Source of the DNA: an uncultured Muribaculaceae bacterium
GTDB taxonomy: Bacteria > Pseudomonadota > Alphaproteobacteria > Rs-D84
Direction: 5' to 3'
Length of the DNA: 32,000 nucleotides
NCBI GenBank assembly: GCA_965231035.1
Contig: OZ246409.1
Span: 421,101 to 453,100, forward strand
This document shows positions 1 to 7,105 of this stretch, piece by piece. The notes beneath the pieces are model-generated. The model did no database searches. It had not been told where the DNA came from and saw only the letters and a program-made list of their open reading frames with translations. Position 1 is the stretch's first letter, and every line of letters starts with the position of its first letter. A program made the translations under genes and the position numbers.

Positions 1-1300
1 AACGTTCTGGTAAGTTCATATCCAGTTGCACAGTTCCACACTGCCAAGGTCTGCCCATTGAATCTTTGATATAATTATCAATCTTTGGACCATAGAATGC
101 GGCATCACCTTGGGCAATTTCAAATTCTATACCATTTTTCTCCAAAGCATTCTTTAAAGCATTTTCCGCCCTGTCCCAGATCTCGTCAGAACCAATACGG
201 AATTCTGATTCTTTTCTGGTTGCCAATTTCATAGAAATTTTTTCAAAACCAAATTTTGAATAAATATCTTTGATAAAGCGTAAAACCTTTACAACTTCGG
301 ATTCCAACTGATTTTCTGTACAGAAAATATGGGCATCGTCTTGGGTAAATTCACGAACACGCATTAAACCTGATAACCCGCCTGCTGCTTCGTATCTGTG
401 AACTTTTCCAAATTCAGCCATATACAAAGGTAAATCTTTGTATGATTTTATACCCTGACCAAATACCAACATACCACCCGGACAAGACATAGGTTTGATA
501 CAGAACACCTTGCCATCTTGGGTTTTACCTGAATAGTTATGTTCCCCATACTTTGCCCAGTGACCAGAAGTCTCCCACAAACATTTATCCATAACCGACG
601 GAGTTGATATTTCTTGGTAACCAGCCAGTTCTTGGCGATGGCGGACATATTCAATCAATCGGCGATATATTTTATATCCCTTATCGTGCCAAAACACTGC
701 ACCTGGGGCATATTCAGGCTCGAAATGGAACAAATCCATATCGCGCCCCAGTTTTCTGTTATCTCGGGCAGCGGCTTCTTCCTGCATTTTCAGGAATTCT
801 TCCAGTTCTGATGTATTTGCAAATGCGTCAACGTATACCCGTTGTAGCATTTTATTCTTAGAATCCCCTTTCCAATAGGCACCTGCGACATTGCGGATTT
901 TAAAGCCGTCACGCGGCAAATCCTTTGAACTTTCAACATGTGGACCACGACACAAATCGACAAAATCACGAAAAGTATAAATTGACAAAACTTCGCCATT
1001 TGCATCATATTCGTTTAACCATTCCATCTTGTATGGCTGGTCATGGAATATTTGCTTGGCTTCGACCAAGGATACATTTTTCTTTTCAAATTGACCATTG
1101 GATTTAATCAATTCCCGCATTTCTTTTTCGATTTTAGGAAAATCTTCGGGTGAAAATTTATGTTCAGTATCAAAGTCATAAAAGAACCCATTTTCAATCG
1201 CTGGTCCACCTGCGAACTTAACATCTCCATAAAGTTTTTTGACAGCTGCCGCCATTACATGCGCCAAACTGTGTCTAATAATTTCAATTTCATATGACAT
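1..1300 (-). CDS. thrS: Threonine--tRNA ligase, partial (C-terminal part lies beyond the window start); begins at the editing domain with no TGS domain
   Basis: Absent from the ORF track because it runs off the window. My minus-strand translation from ATG (1300..1298) gives MSYEIEIIRHSLAHVMAAAVKKLY...RDNRKLGRDMDLFHF...TSGHWAKYGEHNY...RVREFTQDDAHIFC. These are ThrRS editing-domain HxxxH and class II catalytic motifs. AAAGG lies upstream and an in-frame TAA sits seven codons upstream. Confidence 0.9.
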   Translation of the reverse strand, partial: MSYEIEIIRHSLAHVMAAAVKKLYGDVKFAGGPAIENGFFYDFDTEHKFSPEDFPKIEKEMRELIKSNGQFEKKNVSLVEAKQIFHDQPYKMEWLNEYDANGEVLSIYTFRDFVDLCRGPHVESSKDLPRDGFKIRNVAGAYWKGDSKNKMLQRVYVDAFANTSELEEFLKMQEEAAARDNRKLGRDMDLFHFEPEYAPGAVFWHDKGYKIYRRLIEYVRHRQELAGYQEISTPSVMDKCLWETSGHWAKYGEHNYSGKTQDGKVFCIKPMSCPGGMLVFGQGIKSYKDLPLYMAEFGKVHRYEAAGGLSGLMRVREFTQDDAHIFCTENQLESEVVKVLRFIKDIYSKFGFEKISMKLATRKESEFRIGSDEIWDRAENALKNALEKNGIEFEIAQGDAAFYGPKIDNYIKDSMGRPWQCGTVQLDMNLPER

Positions 1301-1377
1301 AACAACAACCTTTATTTTTTATTATGATTTCAAATTTATGATTTATTGTAAAGTGCGAAAAATCGCAATAGAATTCA

Positions 1378-1393
1378 AACCCCCCAAGGGGTT
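1378..1393 (-). terminator. Candidate hairpin terminator downstream of the Cys-rich gene array
   Basis: aacccc-ccaa-ggggtt is a 6-bp GC-rich stem about 70 nt past the 1464 stop. The minus-strand trailing sequence is only moderately T-rich. Confidence 0.3.
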
Positions 1394-1463
1394 GTTGTAG
1401 TTGTTGTGAAAATAACTTTTAGAACTTTCATGCTTTGTACTATAATCCTAATAAATCAGAAAA

Positions 1464-1871
1464 TCAAGAGCCTGTATAAGAACAAACAGAGGAATATCCA
1501 TAATCACCAGTAATATCAGTTCCGGTATAACTTGCTGGAAGATAACAACCATTTTTATTGGTTGTTCCTTGAATAGATGTTGCATTTGGATTACCAGTTC
1601 CCGATGCACAACTTACACAAGCAATAGAGTTAACTGGATCACCATAATAACCAGCCTTGCACTTACAATCTGAAATTAATGTAGAACCAGTTCCAGCGGT
1701 TGTTGAGTTTGTTGGACATTTCTCACAATAATTCAACTTAAGATAATATCCTGAGTTACAAGATTCGTAAACTATTGTTGTTTCTCCTTCTTCACAAACC
1801 AATGCTAATGCGTTTAAAGAAAAAAACATTGCGCCAAATATAAACGATAAAAAGAAAAATTTTTTATTCAT
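1464..1871 (-). CDS. Small secreted cysteine-rich protein, paralog 1
   Basis: 135-aa ORF with signal peptide MNKKFFFLSFIFGAMFFSLNALA. The mature part has 10 Cys and is G/S/T/Y/N rich. It contains the module CNSGYY..CEKCPTNSTTAGTGSTLISDCKCKAGYYG..CVSCASGTG. Confidence 0.7.
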   Translation of the reverse strand: MNKKFFFLSFIFGAMFFSLNALALVCEEGETTIVYESCNSGYYLKLNYCEKCPTNSTTAGTGSTLISDCKCKAGYYGDPVNSIACVSCASGTGNPNATSIQGTTNKNGCYLPASYTGTDITGDYGYSSVCSYTGS

Positions 1872-1893
1872 ATATTTATTACTTTAAAATTAT

Positions 1894-2262
1894 TTATACC
1901 ATACCACCATCACAAACACAAACTGTTTGGTATCCAGTACCACGCACATCAGAATAATCTGTAAATTCTAGTGAACAAACCGTAGTTCCGCCACCAGTAC
2001 CAGTATAGTTACAATAATAATAAGGACAACCACTACCAGAAGCATAAGTTTTTGTATATCCTGAATTACAAGCTGTTGCAGTACAAGAAAAAATCCAATA
2101 TCCACCGCTGTCACATCCTTTAAAATCAACTTGTCCAGATGGACATCCTACCATAGTGTATGGTTCCGTTGGAGTATTATTACAAGTACCTGTACATGCA
2201 TCACCATATGATCTTGAACTAAATGATATTATTATTAAAAATACAATTAAACAATTTTTCAT
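1894..2262 (-). CDS. Small secreted cysteine-rich protein, paralog 2
   Basis: 122-aa ORF with signal peptide MKNCLIVFLIIISFSSRSYG. It contains CNSGYTKTY and CPSGQ motifs and ends in CDGGMV. Confidence 0.65.
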   Translation of the reverse strand: MKNCLIVFLIIISFSSRSYGDACTGTCNNTPTEPYTMVGCPSGQVDFKGCDSGGYWIFSCTATACNSGYTKTYASGSGCPYYYCNYTGTGGGTTVCSLEFTDYSDVRGTGYQTVCVCDGGMV

Positions 2263-2279
2263 TTCTTCTCTTTAAACCC

Positions 2280-2564
2280 CTAGTTTGTATAATAACAAGC
2301 ACTTGTGTATATATAACTTCCTGACGAATTTTCACCACCAGTTCCAGCAGCATAAAAACAACTGGTTATTAAGTTATTGCTGCCCGAAACACTTGTTCCA
2401 CCGCTTGGACAAAGTGAACAAGAACAAGATGAAGTTCCTTGATTTACAACATAATAATTCACATTACAAACACAATTATAACTGCTATTAGTACACGCAG
2501 CAAATGAAGAATTCATAAATAACACAACACTTGCTACAAACAAAATTTTATATATATTCATCAT
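2280..2564 (-). CDS. Small secreted cysteine-rich protein, paralog 3
   Basis: 94-aa ORF with signal peptide MMNIYKILFVASVVLFMNSSFA. CSLCPSGGTSVSGSNNLITSC aligns with CEKCPTNSTTAGTGSTLISDC of paralog 1. The start overlaps the upstream gene's stop (ATGATGA). Confidence 0.65.
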   Translation of the reverse strand: MMNIYKILFVASVVLFMNSSFAACTNSSYNCVCNVNYYVVNQGTSSCSCSLCPSGGTSVSGSNNLITSCFYAAGTGGENSSGSYIYTSACYYTN

Positions 2565-2872
2565 GATAACATGCCACCCAAATCACATGCAGCTGCAATA
2601 CCATTTTTACAATAAACAAGTACCCCTGTATTTGGACAAACTTCATTCCAATATCTTGTTCCACCAGTTATTGCAACAGATTGCGGGGTACTAGTATTAC
2701 CACAAGAATAACAAGATTCATCACATGGATTTTCGTCACAAAATGTAGAACTTTCAGAAATTGCTAAATTAGCAGCTGTACAACTTCCGCAACACCATCC
2801 TGTTACCAGAACAGCCCCAGAATATCCTTCTGTAATTAAAATCATAAAAAACGCAATTAAAAAATTTTTCAT
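2561..2872 (-). CDS. Small secreted cysteine-rich protein, paralog 4
   Basis: I chose the internal ATG at 2872 (MKNFLIAFFMILITEGYSG...), because the longer track ORF (to 2956) would read through a strong terminator hairpin. It has 13 Cys and ends in CDLGGMLS, similar to the paralog 2 C-terminus. Confidence 0.6.
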   Translation of the reverse strand: MKNFLIAFFMILITEGYSGAVLVTGWCCGSCTAANLAISESSTFCDENPCDESCYSCGNTSTPQSVAITGGTRYWNEVCPNTGVLVYCKNGIAAACDLGGMLS

Positions 2873-2920
2873 TTTTATCTCTGTTTCTTTGATTTTAGCT
2901 ATTATGTCAAAAAAAAACCA

Positions 2921-2948
2921 CAAAAAAATACCGCCGAAACGACGGTAT
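2921..2948 (-). terminator. Rho-independent terminator after the gltX/hlyIII unit
   Basis: ataccgccg-aaa-cgacggtat forms a 9-bp stem (one G:U on the minus strand) flanked by a run of A (T-run on the minus strand), about 20 nt past the hlyIII stop. Confidence 0.7.
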
Positions 2949-2965
2949 TTTGTCATTTATAAAAC

Positions 2966-3712
2966 CTATAAATAAATTATGCTGCCGAACAGGACTGCAA
3001 AGAAAAAGCATACACTGCCACCGATTACAAACAGGTGCCAAATTGCATGACTGAACTTCATTTTTCTCCAAATATAAAATATTACTCCGACTGAATAAGA
3101 CAATGCACCTGCCAACATAAACCACAAACCGATTGATGGTACGCTTCTGAATAATGCAGGCAGCATAAACAATACTGTCCAACCCATTATCAGGTATAAT
3201 GCAACCATCCATTTCGGTTGACGCTTTGGACTACGAATTTTCATAATCGCACCAAATATAACGATTGCCCACAAAATTCCAAAAACCGTCCAACCCAATC
3301 CACCACGCATATTAACCAACAAGAACGGTGTGTATGTTCCAGCAATCAAGGCATAGATTGCAATGCTGTCCCATACTTCGAAAAAGCTTTCGCTTTTTTG
3401 ACCAATCATCGCATGGCACATTGTTGAACCAAAATATAGTGTGAACATTGTTAATCCAAATATAGCACAAGATACAATCGCCCAAGGATCACCCTTTAAC
3501 ACCGCAAAAACTTCCAGCAAAGTTAATCCAGCAATTGCCAAGCCAATTCCAATTCCATGGGTTAAAATATTCAAAACTTCTTCAGACTTGGTCGCAGGCT
3601 TTTCCCAACGGAACAAACCTGTTGCCTGCAAAACACGCAGTAGCGTCCAAGCACGTTTATCTTTTTTAACTTCTTTTAATTTTTGTCTTATAACTTTTCT
3701 TGATTTTACCAT
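2966..3712 (-). CDS. Hemolysin III family channel protein (PAQR/YplQ-like)
   Basis: Multi-TM protein with LTHGIGIGLAIAG, CHAM and HAIWHLFVIGG motifs typical of HlyIII. I chose the start at 3712, which is preceded by AAGGAAGG. Confidence 0.85.
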   Translation of the reverse strand: MVKSRKVIRQKLKEVKKDKRAWTLLRVLQATGLFRWEKPATKSEEVLNILTHGIGIGLAIAGLTLLEVFAVLKGDPWAIVSCAIFGLTMFTLYFGSTMCHAMIGQKSESFFEVWDSIAIYALIAGTYTPFLLVNMRGGLGWTVFGILWAIVIFGAIMKIRSPKRQPKWMVALYLIMGWTVLFMLPALFRSVPSIGLWFMLAGALSYSVGVIFYIWRKMKFSHAIWHLFVIGGSVCFFFAVLFGSIIYL

Positions 3713-3713
3713 T

Positions 3714-3977
3714 TTACCTTCCTTTGTTTTCTGAACGCCATTTATATAAAGAATCCGCAATTTGTCTTTCAATCTGTTTCTGTTTTAAAAGCATATCATT
3801 ATAAATTTTCTTATGTTTTTTTATAGCCCCTTTATCAAGTTGTGATTGACCGGGCGGTGCAATATCAACAAGCATAGAAACAATTACAAATATACTAATT
3901 ATTAGCAAAAACCCCGATAAAGTGGAATGTTTTTCAGTAAAGTTGTTTACATAATCTTTTATTTTATTATCTGACAT
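3714..3977 (-). CDS. Hypothetical single-pass membrane protein
   Basis: 87-aa ORF with one TM helix (LSGFLLIISIFVIVSMLV) and a charged, coiled-coil-like C-terminus. It sits 1 nt after the gltX stop, and its stop lies 1 nt before the hlyIII ATG. Confidence 0.5.
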   Translation of the reverse strand: MSDNKIKDYVNNFTEKHSTLSGFLLIISIFVIVSMLVDIAPPGQSQLDKGAIKKHKKIYNDMLLKQKQIERQIADSLYKWRSENKGR

Positions 3978-3978
3978 T

Positions 3979-5670
3979 TTATATATTCTTTATTCTTTTA
4001 ATAACCCTATCATGCCCCATTATCTGCATAATCAAATATAAATCTGGTGTATTGGTACGACCAGTTATTGCAACACGTAAAGCCATTGCAACATCACCAT
4101 TTTTCAGCCCTAAATTATTCGCAATTTCAACAATCTTGTTCCACCAAATATCTTTACCATCTGCAATATCAAAAGTTTTTAAGAAAGCAGACAAAATATC
4201 TTTGTTAAAATCAAAATCTTTTGGTTGAACAAACAAATCATCCCAAAAATATGCAACCTCTTCCATTGTTTGTTTCCAAGTAACAAAATCTTTGCGTATA
4301 CGTTTTGGATTGTCACGCTCAATAGACAAGATTGATTTTAAATAATCTTCATGGTTGTGAATTATTTTTTTCCATTCAGGACTGTATTCATTCACCCATG
4401 ATATAACACGACTTGTTAAATCATCAACGGATAAAGTTCCAATAAATTCCCTTGCCCACCATTCAAGTTTTTTCATATCAAACAATGCACCCGACATGGG
4501 AATTTTTTTAATTTTAATTGGATAGTTCCATAAGTTTATTTCTGAGTTTTTTAATTTTTCTTCTTCATATCCACTTGATGCAATATTTAACAAATATTCT
4601 AAAACCGCCTCGGTTGGCCAGCCATCTTCCAAAAACTTTGCAACTGATGCCTCGGGGTCATGACGCTTGGATAACTTGCGTTGTTTACCAGTTTCTGGAT
4701 CAATTTTATCCAATGTCGATGTGTGAATATAAACAGGTGTGATCCAGCCCATCATCCTGAATAATTGAAAATGCAGTGGTAAACTTGGTAACCATTCTTC
4801 ACCACGAATAACATTTGTTGTTCGCATAAAATGGTCATCACACAAATGCGCAAAATGGTATGTTGGTAAACCATCATTTGATTTTATTAAAATAATATCT
4901 TCATTGGTTTCTGGAAATGCAATACTGCCCCTAGCACCATCTTTACAGAATATTTTTTGATCGGGATTACCGGTTGAATACAAACGAATTGACGGCTTGA
5001 AATCATTACCCATTTCTGACCATTTTTCTAAAATTTGATCTTCGGTTAAATCGCGATCGCGTGCCCATTCACCATAAATACCTGTCGGCAGACCAGATAA
5101 TTTTTGTTTATCACGGATATCCTCCATATCTTCATGTGTTAAAAAGCAAGGATAAGCCTCCCCACCTGCTAATAATTTCGCAACCACAGAGTGATAAATA
5201 TCTTTACGTTTTGATTGCAAATAAGATCCATAATTACCCTTATCACTATTTACTAAACCCCATTCATTTTTGATTGCCTTATCTGTAAAAACTGGATTAT
5301 CTTTATTAACAAATTCTGCTTTAATATCTCCTGCTTTTTCAGGTATCGGCATTTCATCAGGCATCAAAGTAAATTTCTCAGCAGTTTCCAAGATCAATTT
5401 AGTTGCACCATAAACTTCACGTTTAGTATCTGTATCTTCAATACGTAACATAAAAACACCACCAGATTGTTTTGCCAACTTATAATTTATCAACATTTGG
5501 TATAAACCACCAATATGCATAAAGCCTGTTGGACTTGGGGCGAAACGAGTCACCATTGCACCTTCGAGTAAATTACGTGCTGGGTATTCTGCCTCAAGCT
5601 CTGCAATAGTATATTTTGGCACACCGCCCAAAATTCTTGTAATTAAATCCTTGGATATACCTTTTCTCAT
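3979..5670 (-). CDS. gltX: Glutamate--tRNA ligase (long form)
   Basis: RFAPSPTGFMHIGG (HIGH), LRIEDTD and KLSKRH (KMSKS) motifs. I chose the start at 5670 (MRKGISK...), which is preceded by AAGGTTAAAGG. Confidence 0.9.
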   Translation of the reverse strand: MRKGISKDLITRILGGVPKYTIAELEAEYPARNLLEGAMVTRFAPSPTGFMHIGGLYQMLINYKLAKQSGGVFMLRIEDTDTKREVYGATKLILETAEKFTLMPDEMPIPEKAGDIKAEFVNKDNPVFTDKAIKNEWGLVNSDKGNYGSYLQSKRKDIYHSVVAKLLAGGEAYPCFLTHEDMEDIRDKQKLSGLPTGIYGEWARDRDLTEDQILEKWSEMGNDFKPSIRLYSTGNPDQKIFCKDGARGSIAFPETNEDIILIKSNDGLPTYHFAHLCDDHFMRTTNVIRGEEWLPSLPLHFQLFRMMGWITPVYIHTSTLDKIDPETGKQRKLSKRHDPEASVAKFLEDGWPTEAVLEYLLNIASSGYEEEKLKNSEINLWNYPIKIKKIPMSGALFDMKKLEWWAREFIGTLSVDDLTSRVISWVNEYSPEWKKIIHNHEDYLKSILSIERDNPKRIRKDFVTWKQTMEEVAYFWDDLFVQPKDFDFNKDILSAFLKTFDIADGKDIWWNKIVEIANNLGLKNGDVAMALRVAITGRTNTPDLYLIMQIMGHDRVIKRIKNI

Positions 5671-5703
5671 ACCTTTAACCTTGTTTTCTTGTAATGATAA
5701 TTT

Positions 5704-5709
5704 TATACT
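5704..5709 (+). promoter_or_regulatory. Candidate -10 box (TATACT) 6 nt upstream of the trmB ATG, possibly a leaderless transcript
   Basis: TATACT, then aattat, then ATG at 5716. No Shine-Dalgarno is visible, and the whole divergent intergenic region is only 45 bp. Confidence 0.3.
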
Positions 5710-5715
5710 AATTAT

Positions 5716-6366
5716 ATGGAAATACAAGAAATAAGAACTTTTGGCCGCAGGCACGGTAAAAAAATATCCAAACGCCAGCAATGGCTGGTTGATAATATTT
5801 TGCCGGCCTTATCGCCAAAAAATATCAAAAACACCGGTAAAATTATTCTTGAAATTGGATTTGGCGCGGGCGAACACATTCGGGAACTGGCCTTGCAAAA
5901 TCCTGATAAAATAATCCTGGGGGCTGAACCATTTATAAACGGTGTTGCATCATTACTGTCATCTGTCACTGTCGAATCGGATAACCAGATAAAAACAGAG
6001 TTCAAAAATATTTTTATTTATCCGGATGATGTTCGAAAAATTATAAAAAAAGATTCCTCAGAATTTGTTCCAATTTTGTTTTCAGAAATTTATATATTGC
6101 ACCCCGACCCCTGGCCAAAGGCAAGACACGAAAAAAGAAGATTATTAAATTCAGACTTTTTGAATTTGTTATCCGAACGGTTGGAAAAAGATGGTCGAAT
6201 TATAATTGGAACCGATCACTGGGAATACTATGAGTGGATTATTGAACAACTGAAAAAAACCAGATTAAAAATAGCAACCACCGATTTAAGTATAATTGAT
6301 ACTCGTTACAAACAAAAAAACAAGGCAAAAACAACAAATCCCAAGTATCTTGTTTTATCTATATAA
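5716..6366 (+). CDS. trmB: tRNA (guanine-N7)-methyltransferase
   Basis: LEIGFGAGEH SAM-binding motif, HPDPWPK motif, and length typical of TrmB. Confidence 0.85.
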   Translation: MEIQEIRTFGRRHGKKISKRQQWLVDNILPALSPKNIKNTGKIILEIGFGAGEHIRELALQNPDKIILGAEPFINGVASLLSSVTVESDNQIKTEFKNIFIYPDDVRKIIKKDSSEFVPILFSEIYILHPDPWPKARHEKRRLLNSDFLNLLSERLEKDGRIIIGTDHWEYYEWIIEQLKKTRLKIATTDLSIIDTRYKQKNKAKTTNPKYLVLSI

Positions 6367-6405
6367 AAACTCTCTATATGGCAATTTATGGCGTATACAA
6401 GGTTT

Positions 6406-7065
6406 TTAACTGTCTATAAAAAACTTTACTTTTTTGGAAATTTCTGACTGCATTTTTTGAATTAAACGCCAAACTTGTTCTATCTTTTCATAATCGTTAT
6501 TTAACGAGAAATGTAACTCTGTATTTAAATCTTTATCCAAACCATCCAAGAACCCATAAATACGTCCAACAAAGTCATAATTTTTTTTCAAGTCATTATG
6601 AAAATCTAATAATAAAACATCTGCCCTTATTTTTTTTATTTCCGAAAAAACATTAACCCAATCCAATGAGTTTATTTCATCAACATCCAAACAAATTGAT
6701 AATGTTTTATTAAAAAATAAATCATCTCTGATTGGTAATAATTCAGATACAAAAGAAGATAATAAAGAGTACGGTACAAAAATTTGTGCCCCACCCGCCC
6801 CTTTCTTAAAAACAGAATTTATTTCTGTTGATAACTTTGAAATATCAAAATTTTTATCCAGATAAAAACGTGCCATTATTCTTGTTAAATTTTTTTCCAA
6901 CCATGGCCATAAAATCTGGACTGATTCTTGTGGTACAGATATAACAGGTATATTTTCCTTTACCACTACTTCGGCCATTCGTACAAGTTCAGAAATATCT
7001 CTATTTGGTTTACATTCTAGAACCAAGATATCTTTTAATTCTTCAAAAACATTTTCAGTATTCAT
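6406..7065 (-). CDS. Hypothetical protein with weak DeoC/class I aldolase TIM-barrel resemblance, Schiff-base Lys position not conserved
   Basis: KKGAGGAQIFVPYSLLSS compares with DERA AYGADEVDVVFPYRALMAG. IRADVLLLDFH compares with AGADFIKTSTG, with Leu at the Lys position. The DERA sequence is recalled from memory. The start could be 7065 or 7095. Confidence 0.4.
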   Translation of the reverse strand: MNTENVFEELKDILVLECKPNRDISELVRMAEVVVKENIPVISVPQESVQILWPWLEKNLTRIMARFYLDKNFDISKLSTEINSVFKKGAGGAQIFVPYSLLSSFVSELLPIRDDLFFNKTLSICLDVDEINSLDWVNVFSEIKKIRADVLLLDFHNDLKKNYDFVGRIYGFLDGLDKDLNTELHFSLNNDYEKIEQVWRLIQKMQSEISKKVKFFIDS

Positions 7066-7072
7066 GCTTTTC

Positions 7073-7085
7073 AGTTTATCACAAA
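7073..7085 (-). promoter_or_regulatory. Extended -10 promoter (TTTGTGATAAACT) 7 nt upstream of the ATG at 7065
   Basis: The minus strand reads tttgTGATAAACT-gaaaagc-ATG. It belongs to the recurring TTTGTGATAnAnT motif in this window. Confidence 0.4.
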
Positions 7086-7087
7086 TA

Positions 7088-7096
7088 TGGTACAAT
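7088..7096 (+). promoter_or_regulatory. Extended -10 promoter (TGGTACAAT) 9 nt upstream of the ATG at 7106
   Basis: TGgTACAAT-taaaaccaa-ATG with no SD. It sits back-to-back with the minus-strand element. Confidence 0.4.
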
Positions 7097-7105
7097 TAAA
7101 ACCAA

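Noticed and set aside
448-1107. Track ORFs 448-654(-), 604-861(+), 614-811(+), 790-1008(-) and 925-1107(+)
   Set aside because: All lie inside, antisense to, or out of frame with the well-supported thrS reading frame. Their sequences are low-complexity and carry no recognisable motifs.
2873-2956. N-terminal extension of Cys-rich paralog 4 (track ORF 2561-2956)
   Set aside because: The extension would be translated through the hlyIII terminator hairpin and its poly-T tract (giving FFFD/WFFF). The internal ATG at 2872 gives a signal-peptide-like N-terminus like the other paralogs.
2907-3734. ORFs 2907-3212(-), 3218-3427(+) and 3441-3734(+) overlapping hlyIII
   Set aside because: These are alternative-frame or antisense shadows of the hemolysin III gene, which has clear family motifs.
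5671-5781. Longer N-terminal starts given by the track for gltX (5781), yajC (22243), xerD (25648) and the J-domain protein (26438)
   Set aside because: The extensions are hydrophobic or low-complexity and do not resemble the families. The gltX, yajC and J-protein extensions overlap neighbouring genes or control regions, and the xerD extension covers most of the candidate small ORF at 25604-25735. The internal ATGs for gltX and yajC have strong SDs; xerD and the J-domain protein instead start at stop/start overlaps with the upstream ORF, and all four match canonical family N-termini.
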